This document shows, piece by piece, positions 28,462 through 36,057 of a stretch of 64,000 nt of DNA. How positions within the stretch are numbered: the stretch's first letter is position 1; every line of letters starts with the position of its first letter. The notes beneath the pieces were generated by a model, which saw only the letters and a list, made by a program, of their open reading frames with translations, did no database searches and had not been told where the DNA came from. Both the position numbers and the translations under genes were made by a program. The DNA is from Patescibacteria group bacterium (GTDB lineage: Bacteria; Patescibacteriota; Patescibacteriia; Patescibacteriales; UBA12465): contig JBMNFW010000001.1 in the NCBI GenBank assembly GCA_050949525.1, positions 529 through 64,528 on the forward strand, written 5' to 3'.

Positions 28462-29163
28462 ATGAAAGTTCTAACAAAAAAGAAAAACAATTTTGGTTTC
28501 ATTTTAATTAATAAAAATAGTGGCCCCAGCTCACATGATATTATCTATAAACTTAGAAAAATAACTAATATTAAAAAAATTGGACATGCTGGGACCCTAG
28601 ACCCTATCGCCTCGGGATTAATGATAGTAGCTATTGGAAGAGAGGTCACTAAAAGAATTGATGAATTTGTTAAATTAGATAAATTATATAAAGCTGATAT
28701 TATTCTAGGAAAAAAAACTGACACTTATGATCGAGAGGGAAAAACTTTAAAAGAATATTACGGGGAAAAAATAAAAAGAAAGGATATAAAAAAAGAAATA
28801 CTAAAATTAAAAAAAAGTACTACTCAAATTCCTCCTATGTATAGTGCTAAAAAAATAAAAGGAAAAAAACTTTATGAATTAGCCCGAAAAAATATAGAAA
28901 TAGAACGTGCCCCACAAAAAATAAAAATATATAAAATAAAAATTAAAAAATATTCTTGGCCCCATTTAAAATTAGAAATTCATTGTTCTAGTGGAACATA
29001 TATTCGTTCTTTAGTTAATGACTTAGGGGAAAGCCTTTCTTGTGGAGCATATTTAAAAGAATTACAAAGGATAAAAATTGGAAAATATAATATTAAAAAT
29101 TCAAAAAAAATTAAAAAATTAAATAAAAAAAATTGGAACAAATATCTTTTCTTACCAAAATAA
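28462..29163 (+). CDS. truB: tRNA pseudouridine(55) synthase
   Basis: GHAGTLDPIASGLMIVAIG catalytic motif; PPMYSAKK. Confidence 0.9.
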   Translation: MKVLTKKKNNFGFILINKNSGPSSHDIIYKLRKITNIKKIGHAGTLDPIASGLMIVAIGREVTKRIDEFVKLDKLYKADIILGKKTDTYDREGKTLKEYYGEKIKRKDIKKEILKLKKSTTQIPPMYSAKKIKGKKLYELARKNIEIERAPQKIKIYKIKIKKYSWPHLKLEIHCSSGTYIRSLVNDLGESLSCGAYLKELQRIKIGKYNIKNSKKIKKLNKKNWNKYLFLPK

Positions 29164-29168
29164 CTAAT

Positions 29169-29197
29169 TTGACAAAATGAAAAAAAAGTGTTATAAT
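29169..29197 (+). promoter_or_regulatory. Consensus extended -10 promoter
   Basis: TTGACA (29169-29174), 17-nt spacer, TGtTATAAT (29189-29197). Confidence 0.5.
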
Positions 29198-29241
29198 TAT
29201 AATTGTTAAACTTATACAAATTAATAATTTACATTAAAACT

Positions 29242-30117
29242 ATGTTTAATTCTAAAAAACCAACCATCGGAGACTTCGCTAAAGATCAAAATTTCTCAAT
29301 CGAAGATGGAAAATTAAAAAAAGTTGAGCCTTTAACCCCAGAAGAAATTGATAAAAAAGCTGAAGAAGATTTAGAAAAAATGAAAAAAGATCCTAATTAT
29401 GATCCTAGTACTGGAAAAAGCTACTTTGGCGAGGATCAATATCATGATTTTGGAAATAAGGGACGATTTGAAGACGGAGAACCATATGAAATTGGGGATG
29501 ATGAAGAATATAGAATTGAACAAATTGAAGTTGATATAGAAAGCTATGCCAACGAAGATAGTCTTTATCAACATTTTAAAAGAGAAATGGATAATAAGGA
29601 AGATAATGACATAGATTATGATGACGCAATGGGAAAACTAGAAGAAAAAATTATTCGATTTAAAACCGAAAGAAAACAACTTCTAGAATCAACCCCAAAA
29701 TACACTGACTTTGAAAAAGAATCCCTTAAAGCTGTGGTAGCTAAACACCTAAGAGGAAGAGAACAAAAAATTGGAGAAAAACAATTATCAAAAAAACAAG
29801 TAGAGGAAGCTTTAGAAGAGTTTAAACAAAACTTTCCTGCCGACTTCACAAAAATGATTCATAATAAAGTAATTGATAATGATTTAAAATGGAAAAAGGA
29901 AACCTTTGACGGAAAAAAATTATTAGTTAGTTATTATCCTAGTATAGAAGAGCCAATTATAAAATACATTATGAATGATGAACCTAGAAGCAAAGATTCA
30001 ACTAATAAATTGTTTGTAAACACTTCAATGAAAAAAAATGGAAATAATTATAGAAATAAAGATGGAAGTTTCCTAGTATTCTGTTCTCAAATTAAAAGAA
30101 AAAAGAAAAGAAATTAA
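29242..30117 (+). CDS. Hypothetical acidic protein with basic C-terminal tail
   Basis: Start at MFNSKKPTIGDF downstream of the promoter; D/E-rich, ends KRKKKRN; no recognisable motif. Confidence 0.55.
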   Translation: MFNSKKPTIGDFAKDQNFSIEDGKLKKVEPLTPEEIDKKAEEDLEKMKKDPNYDPSTGKSYFGEDQYHDFGNKGRFEDGEPYEIGDDEEYRIEQIEVDIESYANEDSLYQHFKREMDNKEDNDIDYDDAMGKLEEKIIRFKTERKQLLESTPKYTDFEKESLKAVVAKHLRGREQKIGEKQLSKKQVEEALEEFKQNFPADFTKMIHNKVIDNDLKWKKETFDGKKLLVSYYPSIEEPIIKYIMNDEPRSKDSTNKLFVNTSMKKNGNNYRNKDGSFLVFCSQIKRKKKRN

Positions 30118-30132
30118 AATAACAATTAAATT

Positions 30133-30168
30133 AAAAAAGAACATCGATTAAAAGATGTTCTTTTTTTA
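30133..30168. terminator. Bidirectional terminator
   Basis: A-run GAACATC-gattaaaa-GATGTTC T-run between convergent genes. Confidence 0.55.
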
Positions 30169-30188
30169 TTATATAATAATTTATAAAA

Positions 30189-30716
30189 TTATCTACAATT
30201 ATAAGCTTTTCTCCATCCAGCCTTAACGGCCTCCTCTTCCGTACAAAACCATCTTTCTCCATATCTAGTATCAATTTTTGTACTTCTATAATTAGGACAT
30301 CCGGGTAAATGATATATTTTTTCACCGGTTTTATAACTTATATTACCCTTTATTACACAAAAATCACTATTAATATTAAAATTATTATGAGAACTAGTTA
30401 AGTCAAAATCATTATTATTTAAACTATCAATTTGTGTATTTGAAAAAAAATAATTAGAATTATATGAAATTTTATTTAAATCATTGTTTGTTATACCTAA
30501 CCCAAAATTTCTCATAATCACAAAAGCATCAGCCGGACGATCTAAAAAATACATTTTTAAATCAACCGGATTAATATAGTAAGCCTCACCTTTTTCTTCT
30601 ACCTGTAATAATATTCTTCCAGATAATCTTTCCGCTAAACTAGAATTAGCAAAAGAAATAAATGGAATTAATAACGCTAATAAACAAAAAATAAATATTG
30701 ATACTTTTGTTTTCAT
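30189..30716 (-). CDS. Secreted protein: N-terminal RILLQVEE.GEAYYINP module + C-terminal Cys-rich sunset-like domain
   Basis: Signal peptide. AERLSGRILLQVEEKGEAYYINPVDLKMYFLDRPADAFVIMRNFGLGI resembles the N-terminus of the 1-1211 gene. Tail YHLPGCPNYRST...WFCTEEEAVKAGWRKAYNC. Confidence 0.6.
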   Translation of the reverse strand: MKTKVSIFIFCLLALLIPFISFANSSLAERLSGRILLQVEEKGEAYYINPVDLKMYFLDRPADAFVIMRNFGLGITNNDLNKISYNSNYFFSNTQIDSLNNNDFDLTSSHNNFNINSDFCVIKGNISYKTGEKIYHLPGCPNYRSTKIDTRYGERWFCTEEEAVKAGWRKAYNCR

Positions 30717-30763
30717 AAATTTATTTTAAATATATTAATAAAAACTTAAATACTATAATTAAT

Positions 30764-31513
30764 TTATGTAGTAGATTGATATTTTTTTTCTAAATCATCA
30801 AAATAATCTTTATACCTTTTATTAACCTCTTCATCAAAAGCTCGATAATAAATTGGAACATTCTCATAACCTTCCTCCATCCAAACAGGTTTATCAATCT
30901 TATTTGTTCTAACCTGCTCTTCCACTTCTTGTTGATACTTTAAATCATTATTATACAGAGACTCTCTTAACTCTTTAAAATTATTCCCAATAAATAATTT
31001 ATCAAAAACTTTAATCATATTTTTCTGAATATCATTCTTAACATTATTTTTAACAAACTCAGGATTAACAATATAAGCAACTAAAAAATCAGCTTGAAAT
31101 TCACCATATTGATAATCTTCAAAATATTCATCCTCTATATTTTTTCCTGAAGGATAAATATCTAGGTTTTCACTTTTAGTAATTTCTTCAATTTGAAATT
31201 GAAACGCATGACCTAGTTCATGAATAAAATAATAAGGAATCTGACTTTTATTCTCAAAATCGGCATTAATAGTAATACTATCATAATGTTCCGGAGTTCT
31301 AAATTTTGGTAATAACATTGAATGTAGCCCAGGATTATGTTGTGGAATTTTTTTAAAATTAACTAAAACTTTATGATTTAAATAATTAGAAAAATGATCG
31401 ACTATTGATTTGATTGAATTAATATGATGAATGGACAAATCACCAAAAATACACTTTAACTCTCCTTTAGAATATTGCTCAAACTTATTAATATAATTCT
31501 CTTTAAACCTCAT
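30764..31513 (-). CDS. Hypothetical cytosolic protein with HExxH zinc-peptidase motif (ImmA/IrrE-like HELGH?)
   Basis: YYFIHELGHAFQFQ; no signal peptide; family assignment tentative. Confidence 0.45.
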   Translation of the reverse strand: MRFKENYINKFEQYSKGELKCIFGDLSIHHINSIKSIVDHFSNYLNHKVLVNFKKIPQHNPGLHSMLLPKFRTPEHYDSITINADFENKSQIPYYFIHELGHAFQFQIEEITKSENLDIYPSGKNIEDEYFEDYQYGEFQADFLVAYIVNPEFVKNNVKNDIQKNMIKVFDKLFIGNNFKELRESLYNNDLKYQQEVEEQVRTNKIDKPVWMEEGYENVPIYYRAFDEEVNKRYKDYFDDLEKKYQSTT

Positions 31514-31600
31514 AATAATTTTATAAATTAATTTACTAATTATTAAAATTATAACATTATTATAAAAATTAAAAAAATATTTTAATAATACAACATATTA

Positions 31601-31629
31601 AAAAAGATTTAATTTTATTAAATCTTTTA
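31601..31629 (-). terminator. 12-bp A/T-rich hairpin terminator after the 32124-31735 operon
   Basis: AAAAGATTTAAT-TTT-ATTAAATCTTTT. Confidence 0.45.
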
Positions 31630-31688
31630 AAGCTGGGTGGCTTCGTGGAGAATATTAGAACTAAGTTGGTGGGTGCTAAGTATATTCC

Positions 31689-31718
31689 TGCAATTTTACC
31701 CACCCCCTGACTCACTAT
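31689..31718 (-). repeat. 30-bp repeat, copy A (inverted relative to copy B at 38110-38139)
   Basis: - strand ATAGTGAGTCAGGGGGTGGGTAAAATTGCA; 27/30 identical to copy B. Confidence 0.7.
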
Positions 31719-31734
31719 TGTTTTGAGATGAAGC

Positions 31735-32103
31735 TTACTCTAACAACTTCATACAATCAAGAATATTTAAATCAGTAGGACTTCTAAACTCATCATCACA
31801 ATCATTAGAAGCACTTACTTGAGCATTGTATCTATCAATCTCATCACAAACAGGATTAGTAAACTCCATAATACAATCTACGCCGTCATCATAGCCAAGA
31901 GATAAGAGCTTTTCATTAATACAAGTCTCTATGTTTTCCTCTCTCTCATTTATTTTTCTTATACACTCATTATAACCAGAACTCTCCATTAACTTTTCTT
32001 TTTCTTTCTCTAGTTTCTCCACCTTTTTAGAGGGGTCGTTAGAACAACCAGTTGTTAAAACTAGAGCTGTTATTAATATAACAAAAATTGATAGTTTTTT
32101 CAT
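31735..32103 (-). CDS. Small Cys-rich lipoprotein
   Basis: MKKLSIFVILITALVLTTGCS lipobox; 122 aa, multiple Cys. Confidence 0.6.
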   Translation of the reverse strand: MKKLSIFVILITALVLTTGCSNDPSKKVEKLEKEKEKLMESSGYNECIRKINEREENIETCINEKLLSLGYDDGVDCIMEFTNPVCDEIDRYNAQVSASNDCDDEFRSPTDLNILDCMKLLE

Positions 32104-32123
32104 AAATTTTAAAAAGTTAATAT

Positions 32124-33050
32124 TTATTTTTCTAAATTTTTTATTCTTTCAGATACATCAGAGTAAGCTATATCGTGAGAATAAATTTTCTTTAAGCATT
32201 TTAAGGCACTTTTCTTATCGCCATCCTTTTCATAAGCACTTGATAATAAATAATAAACCTTCAACATATCGTCATCCAATTTTCTTTTATTTAAAGGTGC
32301 TCTTTTTAAAACATTAATAGACTCATCATATTTTTCAATCTTTAAAAAACACGCTCCCAACAATTGAATAATTTTTATTTCAAGCTCTGGTAAAATGTCA
32401 ATTAGTTTTTGAAGTATTTTTATCGCCTTTTCATATTCTTTATTTTCGTAATAAGAATCTGCTAAGAAAAATTTAATAGTTAAGTCCTCAGGGTCTTTTT
32501 CTAAATATTTGTTAAAATAATAAATTGATTTTTTAAAATCTTTTTCTGTGCTAAAAAGTAATCCTAATAAGTGAAAAATTTCAATATTTTCATTATCATT
32601 TATTTCAGCTTCTTCTAAAAGCTTGATAGCTTCTTTATTATTATTTTTATCAATTAATCTTTTTGCGTTCCATATTCTTGATTTTGCAATTTGCTTAGGT
32701 TGTTTTTGATAATACACATAAGCAATAATAGATAAAACGGTTAAAAACAAACCTAAATAAATATCTATTGAAAAAGAGCCCAGAACAAGTAAAATTAAAA
32801 TTATATTTAAACACCCCTTGCTTGAAGCATTGTTTGAGTCTTTGCTCTTGCTAGAACTAGTTGATTTTTTATTTAAATAATTAACAGAATATAAGCCACT
32901 TCCAGGAACTCCTGCACTAGTATAAACACCTCTAGAGCCAACACCGACTCTAGCACCTTTTATCCCAGCACTTAATCCAAGTGTCCCCTTGCCTATATTT
33001 AAGCGAACACCTTTTGCTAAAGACACTCCTTTTCTAAATCTAATTCCCAT
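32124..33050 (-). CDS. DUF4236-like N-terminal domain + TM segment + TPR repeats
   Basis: MGIRFRKGVSLAKGVRLNIGKGTLGLSAGIKGARVGVGSRGVYTSAGVPGSGLY (DUF4236 pattern), 2 TM, then TPR-like repeats (YYFNKYLEKDPED..). Confidence 0.65.
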   Translation of the reverse strand: MGIRFRKGVSLAKGVRLNIGKGTLGLSAGIKGARVGVGSRGVYTSAGVPGSGLYSVNYLNKKSTSSSKSKDSNNASSKGCLNIILILLVLGSFSIDIYLGLFLTVLSIIAYVYYQKQPKQIAKSRIWNAKRLIDKNNNKEAIKLLEEAEINDNENIEIFHLLGLLFSTEKDFKKSIYYFNKYLEKDPEDLTIKFFLADSYYENKEYEKAIKILQKLIDILPELEIKIIQLLGACFLKIEKYDESINVLKRAPLNKRKLDDDMLKVYYLLSSAYEKDGDKKSALKCLKKIYSHDIAYSDVSERIKNLEK

Positions 33051-33081
33051 ATAATTAATAACTAATTATTATTTAAAAAAT

Positions 33082-33221
33082 AAAAAAAGACAGTCAAGGT
33101 GTTGAACCACAACAGTTCATCCCGAAGGAATCCCTAGTTATAGAACTTGACTGCCTATTCCAACCTACAACTAGGTAAAAATAGGACGGATTTCCTTCAG
33201 AATATTCTGTTGTGATTCAAC
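33082..33221 (-). promoter_or_regulatory. Structured pseudoknot-type 5' leader (RNA1) of the DUF4236/TPR operon
   Basis: Helices b 33207-33221/33101-33115, c 33188-33198/33124-33133, d 33169-33175/33133-33139. Loop segment 33146-33155 pairs with 33089-33098, then U7 (33082-33088). Both non-WC pairs are G.U only on the - strand. Confidence 0.5.
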
Positions 33222-33227
33222 ATAAAT

Positions 33228-33256
33228 ACTTTACCAATAAAATTAAAAAAAATCAA
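33228..33256 (-). promoter_or_regulatory. Promoter of RNA1 / DUF4236 operon
   Basis: - strand TTGATT (33256-33251), 17-nt spacer, TGgTAAAGT (33236-33228); predicted TSS coincides with first paired base about 33221. Confidence 0.45.
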
Positions 33257-33316
33257 ATAATAAAGCTTTATTTTAATTAATAAAAATGCTAAAATAAGAT
33301 AAAAATTAATATAAAT

Positions 33317-35221
33317 ATGAATATAAATTTTAAAAAAAATGAATCTTTTAATTTATGGAGCAGAGTTAATTTTGTTCTATGGAACAATGCAAGATATGAT
33401 TTTGAGCTTATAGCAGAATTGTTAAAATATATACAAAGCACTTCGCTATGCTTATCAATACTTGATATCACAAATAAGTATATAAAGAACAAAAATGATA
33501 ATACAATATTTTTTGACGGCACAATTAAATCCTTAAAATATTTAATTAAAAATAAATATTTAAATATATCTGATATTCCAGAAATTACAAATGGTCATAA
33601 GAAGCTAAAAGATTTATTAAAAAAATATTCTAAAAAAGTAGATATTATTGATATCTTTTTTGATATAGAAGAGCCCATTTTTAAAGCCATACTAATTGAA
33701 TACCCTCATCTTTTAAACATTGTTCTAGAAGATAGTCTGGGCAGGAGTCTCATTAATAAGGCTTTGATAAAAAATGGAGTAGCCAATTATAATGATTTTT
33801 TAAAAAAAATTAATAACAGTTTAGACCGAACAGAGGTTAGCGAAGATAAATACTCCAAAGAGGCTATGAAATGTAAAATAATTTATGTTGGATTGTTTTT
33901 AAATAACAAAAAAATTATAATTTCTAAAGACTCTCCTGAGATGATTAATCTTTTTTCAACCCTAACTGATAAATTAATAGAAAGCGAAAATTATAGTAAG
34001 GGTATAATAAACTCATTATACTCTTCTTTATATGGACACAATAAATGGAATAAAGAAAAAAAAGTTTGTCTTACTGGTTGTGAACTTTTAAAATCAAATT
34101 TTCTATTGCTTTCCTTTCCAGAAAACCATATAGCATTTATTTATGAAATGCTTTTAAAAAACGAAACTGAAAAAATAGGAAAAAAATATTTTGGCGATAA
34201 TTACAATTCTGAGGGCTTTATAGCCTCCTTGGCCATCAAAATGATTGTTATAATTATTATTTTTCGTAGTCAAGATTTTGTTCCAAAAGATGAATTAGCC
34301 GAGGTAGCTTTTTTTAGCAAAGGAGCATTGCTAGATGGCTTAAACTACGCTGTAAAAGAAAGTGAAAAAAATGGAAAAAAAATATTAAAACCTAAGCAAT
34401 GGTTTATTAATTATTACAAAAAAGAATTAGAGAAAAGAGTAGCTTTTATAAAATTTCAAGTTGATAATAATATTTCAGTTGTTGAATTAAGAGAAGGTCT
34501 ACCTCGTGTAATTTATCTGCCAATATTTGAAAGTTTTAGATTTTTTTGTTCTCAACTTCCGCAAATAGAAACTTTGAAACAAATTATAAAGCTCTTTACT
34601 AATAAAAATATTAAAAATGAAATAAAAAATGACATTCTAGTAAATTTTGCTTTGAACATACAAGAAATAATAAGCCAAAAAGATGAAAGTGTTAAATTAT
34701 CAAATGAAGAAAATCATTTTAAAGATGCATTTATAATATTAATAGAGCAAATTTTTAAAAATTTAATAAAAAAAGAAATAGATAGATTAAAACTGCAATC
34801 AAAAATTAAAAGCTATTATGAAGAAAGTGATTTGTTTAGCGACGCTAGTATTTCTATTATTGAGCTAATTTTAAGTTTTGATTTAACAAAAAATGATAGC
34901 TTTATCGGATATTTAAAGTATAATTTAAACTTAAAAATTAAAACTAAAATTCGCCCAAAGAAAAGCGATTATCTTACCAGCTTTGAGAACGAGCTTGCGG
35001 ATGATTTTATGGACAGTATTCCAGATGAAAATGATTTAATTGAACAAATAAATAATAAAGAGAATATTATAAAAATAAACGAATATATTAATAATTTACC
35101 AGAAAAACAAAAGGAGGCAATTAGAAAATATTATAAAGAAAACAAAAAATTATCTGACTCAGAAAGAAAAAATAAAAACAGGGGTCTAAATAAAATAAAA
35201 GAAATTATTTTAAATTCCTGA
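33317..35221 (+). CDS. Large hypothetical protein with C-terminal sigma-70 region-4-like HTH
   Basis: 634 aa; C-terminus LPEKQKEAIRKYYKENKKLSDSERKNKNRGLNKIKEII resembles the region 4.2 pattern LP.rqRev..l.y...s..eia...g.....l.ra. Confidence 0.5.
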   Translation: MNINFKKNESFNLWSRVNFVLWNNARYDFELIAELLKYIQSTSLCLSILDITNKYIKNKNDNTIFFDGTIKSLKYLIKNKYLNISDIPEITNGHKKLKDLLKKYSKKVDIIDIFFDIEEPIFKAILIEYPHLLNIVLEDSLGRSLINKALIKNGVANYNDFLKKINNSLDRTEVSEDKYSKEAMKCKIIYVGLFLNNKKIIISKDSPEMINLFSTLTDKLIESENYSKGIINSLYSSLYGHNKWNKEKKVCLTGCELLKSNFLLLSFPENHIAFIYEMLLKNETEKIGKKYFGDNYNSEGFIASLAIKMIVIIIIFRSQDFVPKDELAEVAFFSKGALLDGLNYAVKESEKNGKKILKPKQWFINYYKKELEKRVAFIKFQVDNNISVVELREGLPRVIYLPIFESFRFFCSQLPQIETLKQIIKLFTNKNIKNEIKNDILVNFALNIQEIISQKDESVKLSNEENHFKDAFIILIEQIFKNLIKKEIDRLKLQSKIKSYYEESDLFSDASISIIELILSFDLTKNDSFIGYLKYNLNLKIKTKIRPKKSDYLTSFENELADDFMDSIPDENDLIEQINNKENIIKINEYINNLPEKQKEAIRKYYKENKKLSDSERKNKNRGLNKIKEIILNS

Positions 35222-35253
35222 TGTCCCATTTTTTAATCTGGTTGCATTTAATA

Positions 35254-35278
35254 AGTAGAGGGTATCCTCTACTTTTTT
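35254..35278 (+). terminator. Rho-independent terminator after the 634-aa gene
   Basis: AGTAGAGG-GTAT-CCTCTACT followed by T-run. Confidence 0.65.
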
Positions 35279-35295
35279 AGTTTGCAAACAATTTA

Positions 35296-35309
35296 ACCAA
35301 CGCGTTGGT
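35296..35309. promoter_or_regulatory. Perfect 14-bp palindrome, candidate operator upstream of the 35335 gene
   Basis: ACCAACGCGTTGGT, relatively GC-rich in an AT-rich spacer, 26 nt before the ATG. Confidence 0.3.
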
Positions 35310-35334
35310 AATCTAAAAATTAATCAAAATTAAT

Positions 35335-35589
35335 ATGATTACCAAAAACAAGGAATTAAAACCGTTTATAACGGCGGACTTAAATTTGGCTTCTACCCTA
35401 ATATCACTTAACTACGAGATATTAGATTTAGACAAGTCAAATCCTAAAAAAATACAATTCGTCTTTGCTCGCTCCCCCAGACTCATAAAAGAAATAAATG
35501 ATTATTGGGGAGGGCTCTTAAGAATTAATCCTAGAATACTTTTTGACTCCCAGAAAATGCTTAAGTGTCGCCTGTATTCATCCGAATGA
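35335..35589 (+). CDS. DUF5659-like small protein
   Basis: 84 aa; FITADLNLASTLISLNYEILDLDKSNPKKIQFVFARS...LKCRLYS resembles the DUF5659 pattern common in phage/CPR elements (from memory). Confidence 0.5.
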   Translation: MITKNKELKPFITADLNLASTLISLNYEILDLDKSNPKKIQFVFARSPRLIKEINDYWGGLLRINPRILFDSQKMLKCRLYSSE

Positions 35590-35590
35590 T

Positions 35591-35743
35591 ATGATTACAG
35601 ATAAAAAACTAAAAGAGCTTCAAGAGATATATAAAACTGAATTCGGTCAGGATATCTCCAAAGAAGAAGCCTTGGACATCGGTCTAAGATTAGTAAATTT
35701 GTTTACTGCTATTATAGGCTCTTATCCAAATAATAAAAATTAA
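35591..35743 (+). CDS. Small hypothetical protein (50 aa)
   Basis: Start moved to MITDKKLKELQEIY, 1 nt after the previous stop (ATGATATG junction). Confidence 0.4.
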   Translation: MITDKKLKELQEIYKTEFGQDISKEEALDIGLRLVNLFTAIIGSYPNNKN

Positions 35744-35753
35744 TATTAATAAT

Positions 35754-36017
35754 ATGAAGTCCATTCAAAGAAGATTTAAAAACATTCAAGAAAAAAATCC
35801 TTACTGGAGCTCAATGACTTGCTTTAATGAAGCAATAAAAGAACAGGGCTTTAGTAAGAAAAATATCTACTATTGGTTTTCTAGATTAGTAGATAAGAAA
35901 GACTACAGTAAAAGCGATAAGAAAGAAATCCTCTCCTTTCTCCTCAAGCTCTCAAAAAGGGCTGAGGAGGGCATAAAAAAGGGCAAAATTAGCCCTAAGA
36001 GAGAATTGTTTGTCTAA
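35754..36017 (+). CDS. Small hypothetical basic protein
   Basis: 87-aa ORF in operon context; no motif. Confidence 0.45.
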   Translation: MKSIQRRFKNIQEKNPYWSSMTCFNEAIKEQGFSKKNIYYWFSRLVDKKDYSKSDKKEILSFLLKLSKRAEEGIKKGKISPKRELFV

Positions 36018-36057
36018 AACGACTGTAGCATCAAATTATAATTAAAATTAAAATAAT

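Noticed and set aside
33101-33115. ACCACAAC..AGTTC match between the RNA1 region and the tRNA-His anticodon arm, considered as a displaced att/tRNA fragment
   Set aside because: It is only an 8-mer plus a 5-mer with a 4-nt gap, which is expected by chance in 64 kb on both strands. It does not cover the tRNA 3' end where integration would occur.
33289-33522. 77-aa - strand ORF overlapping the start of the 634-aa gene
   Set aside because: It is antisense to a long ORF and extends into the divergent promoter region. It is low-complexity F/I/L-rich, as expected from AT-rich antisense sequence.
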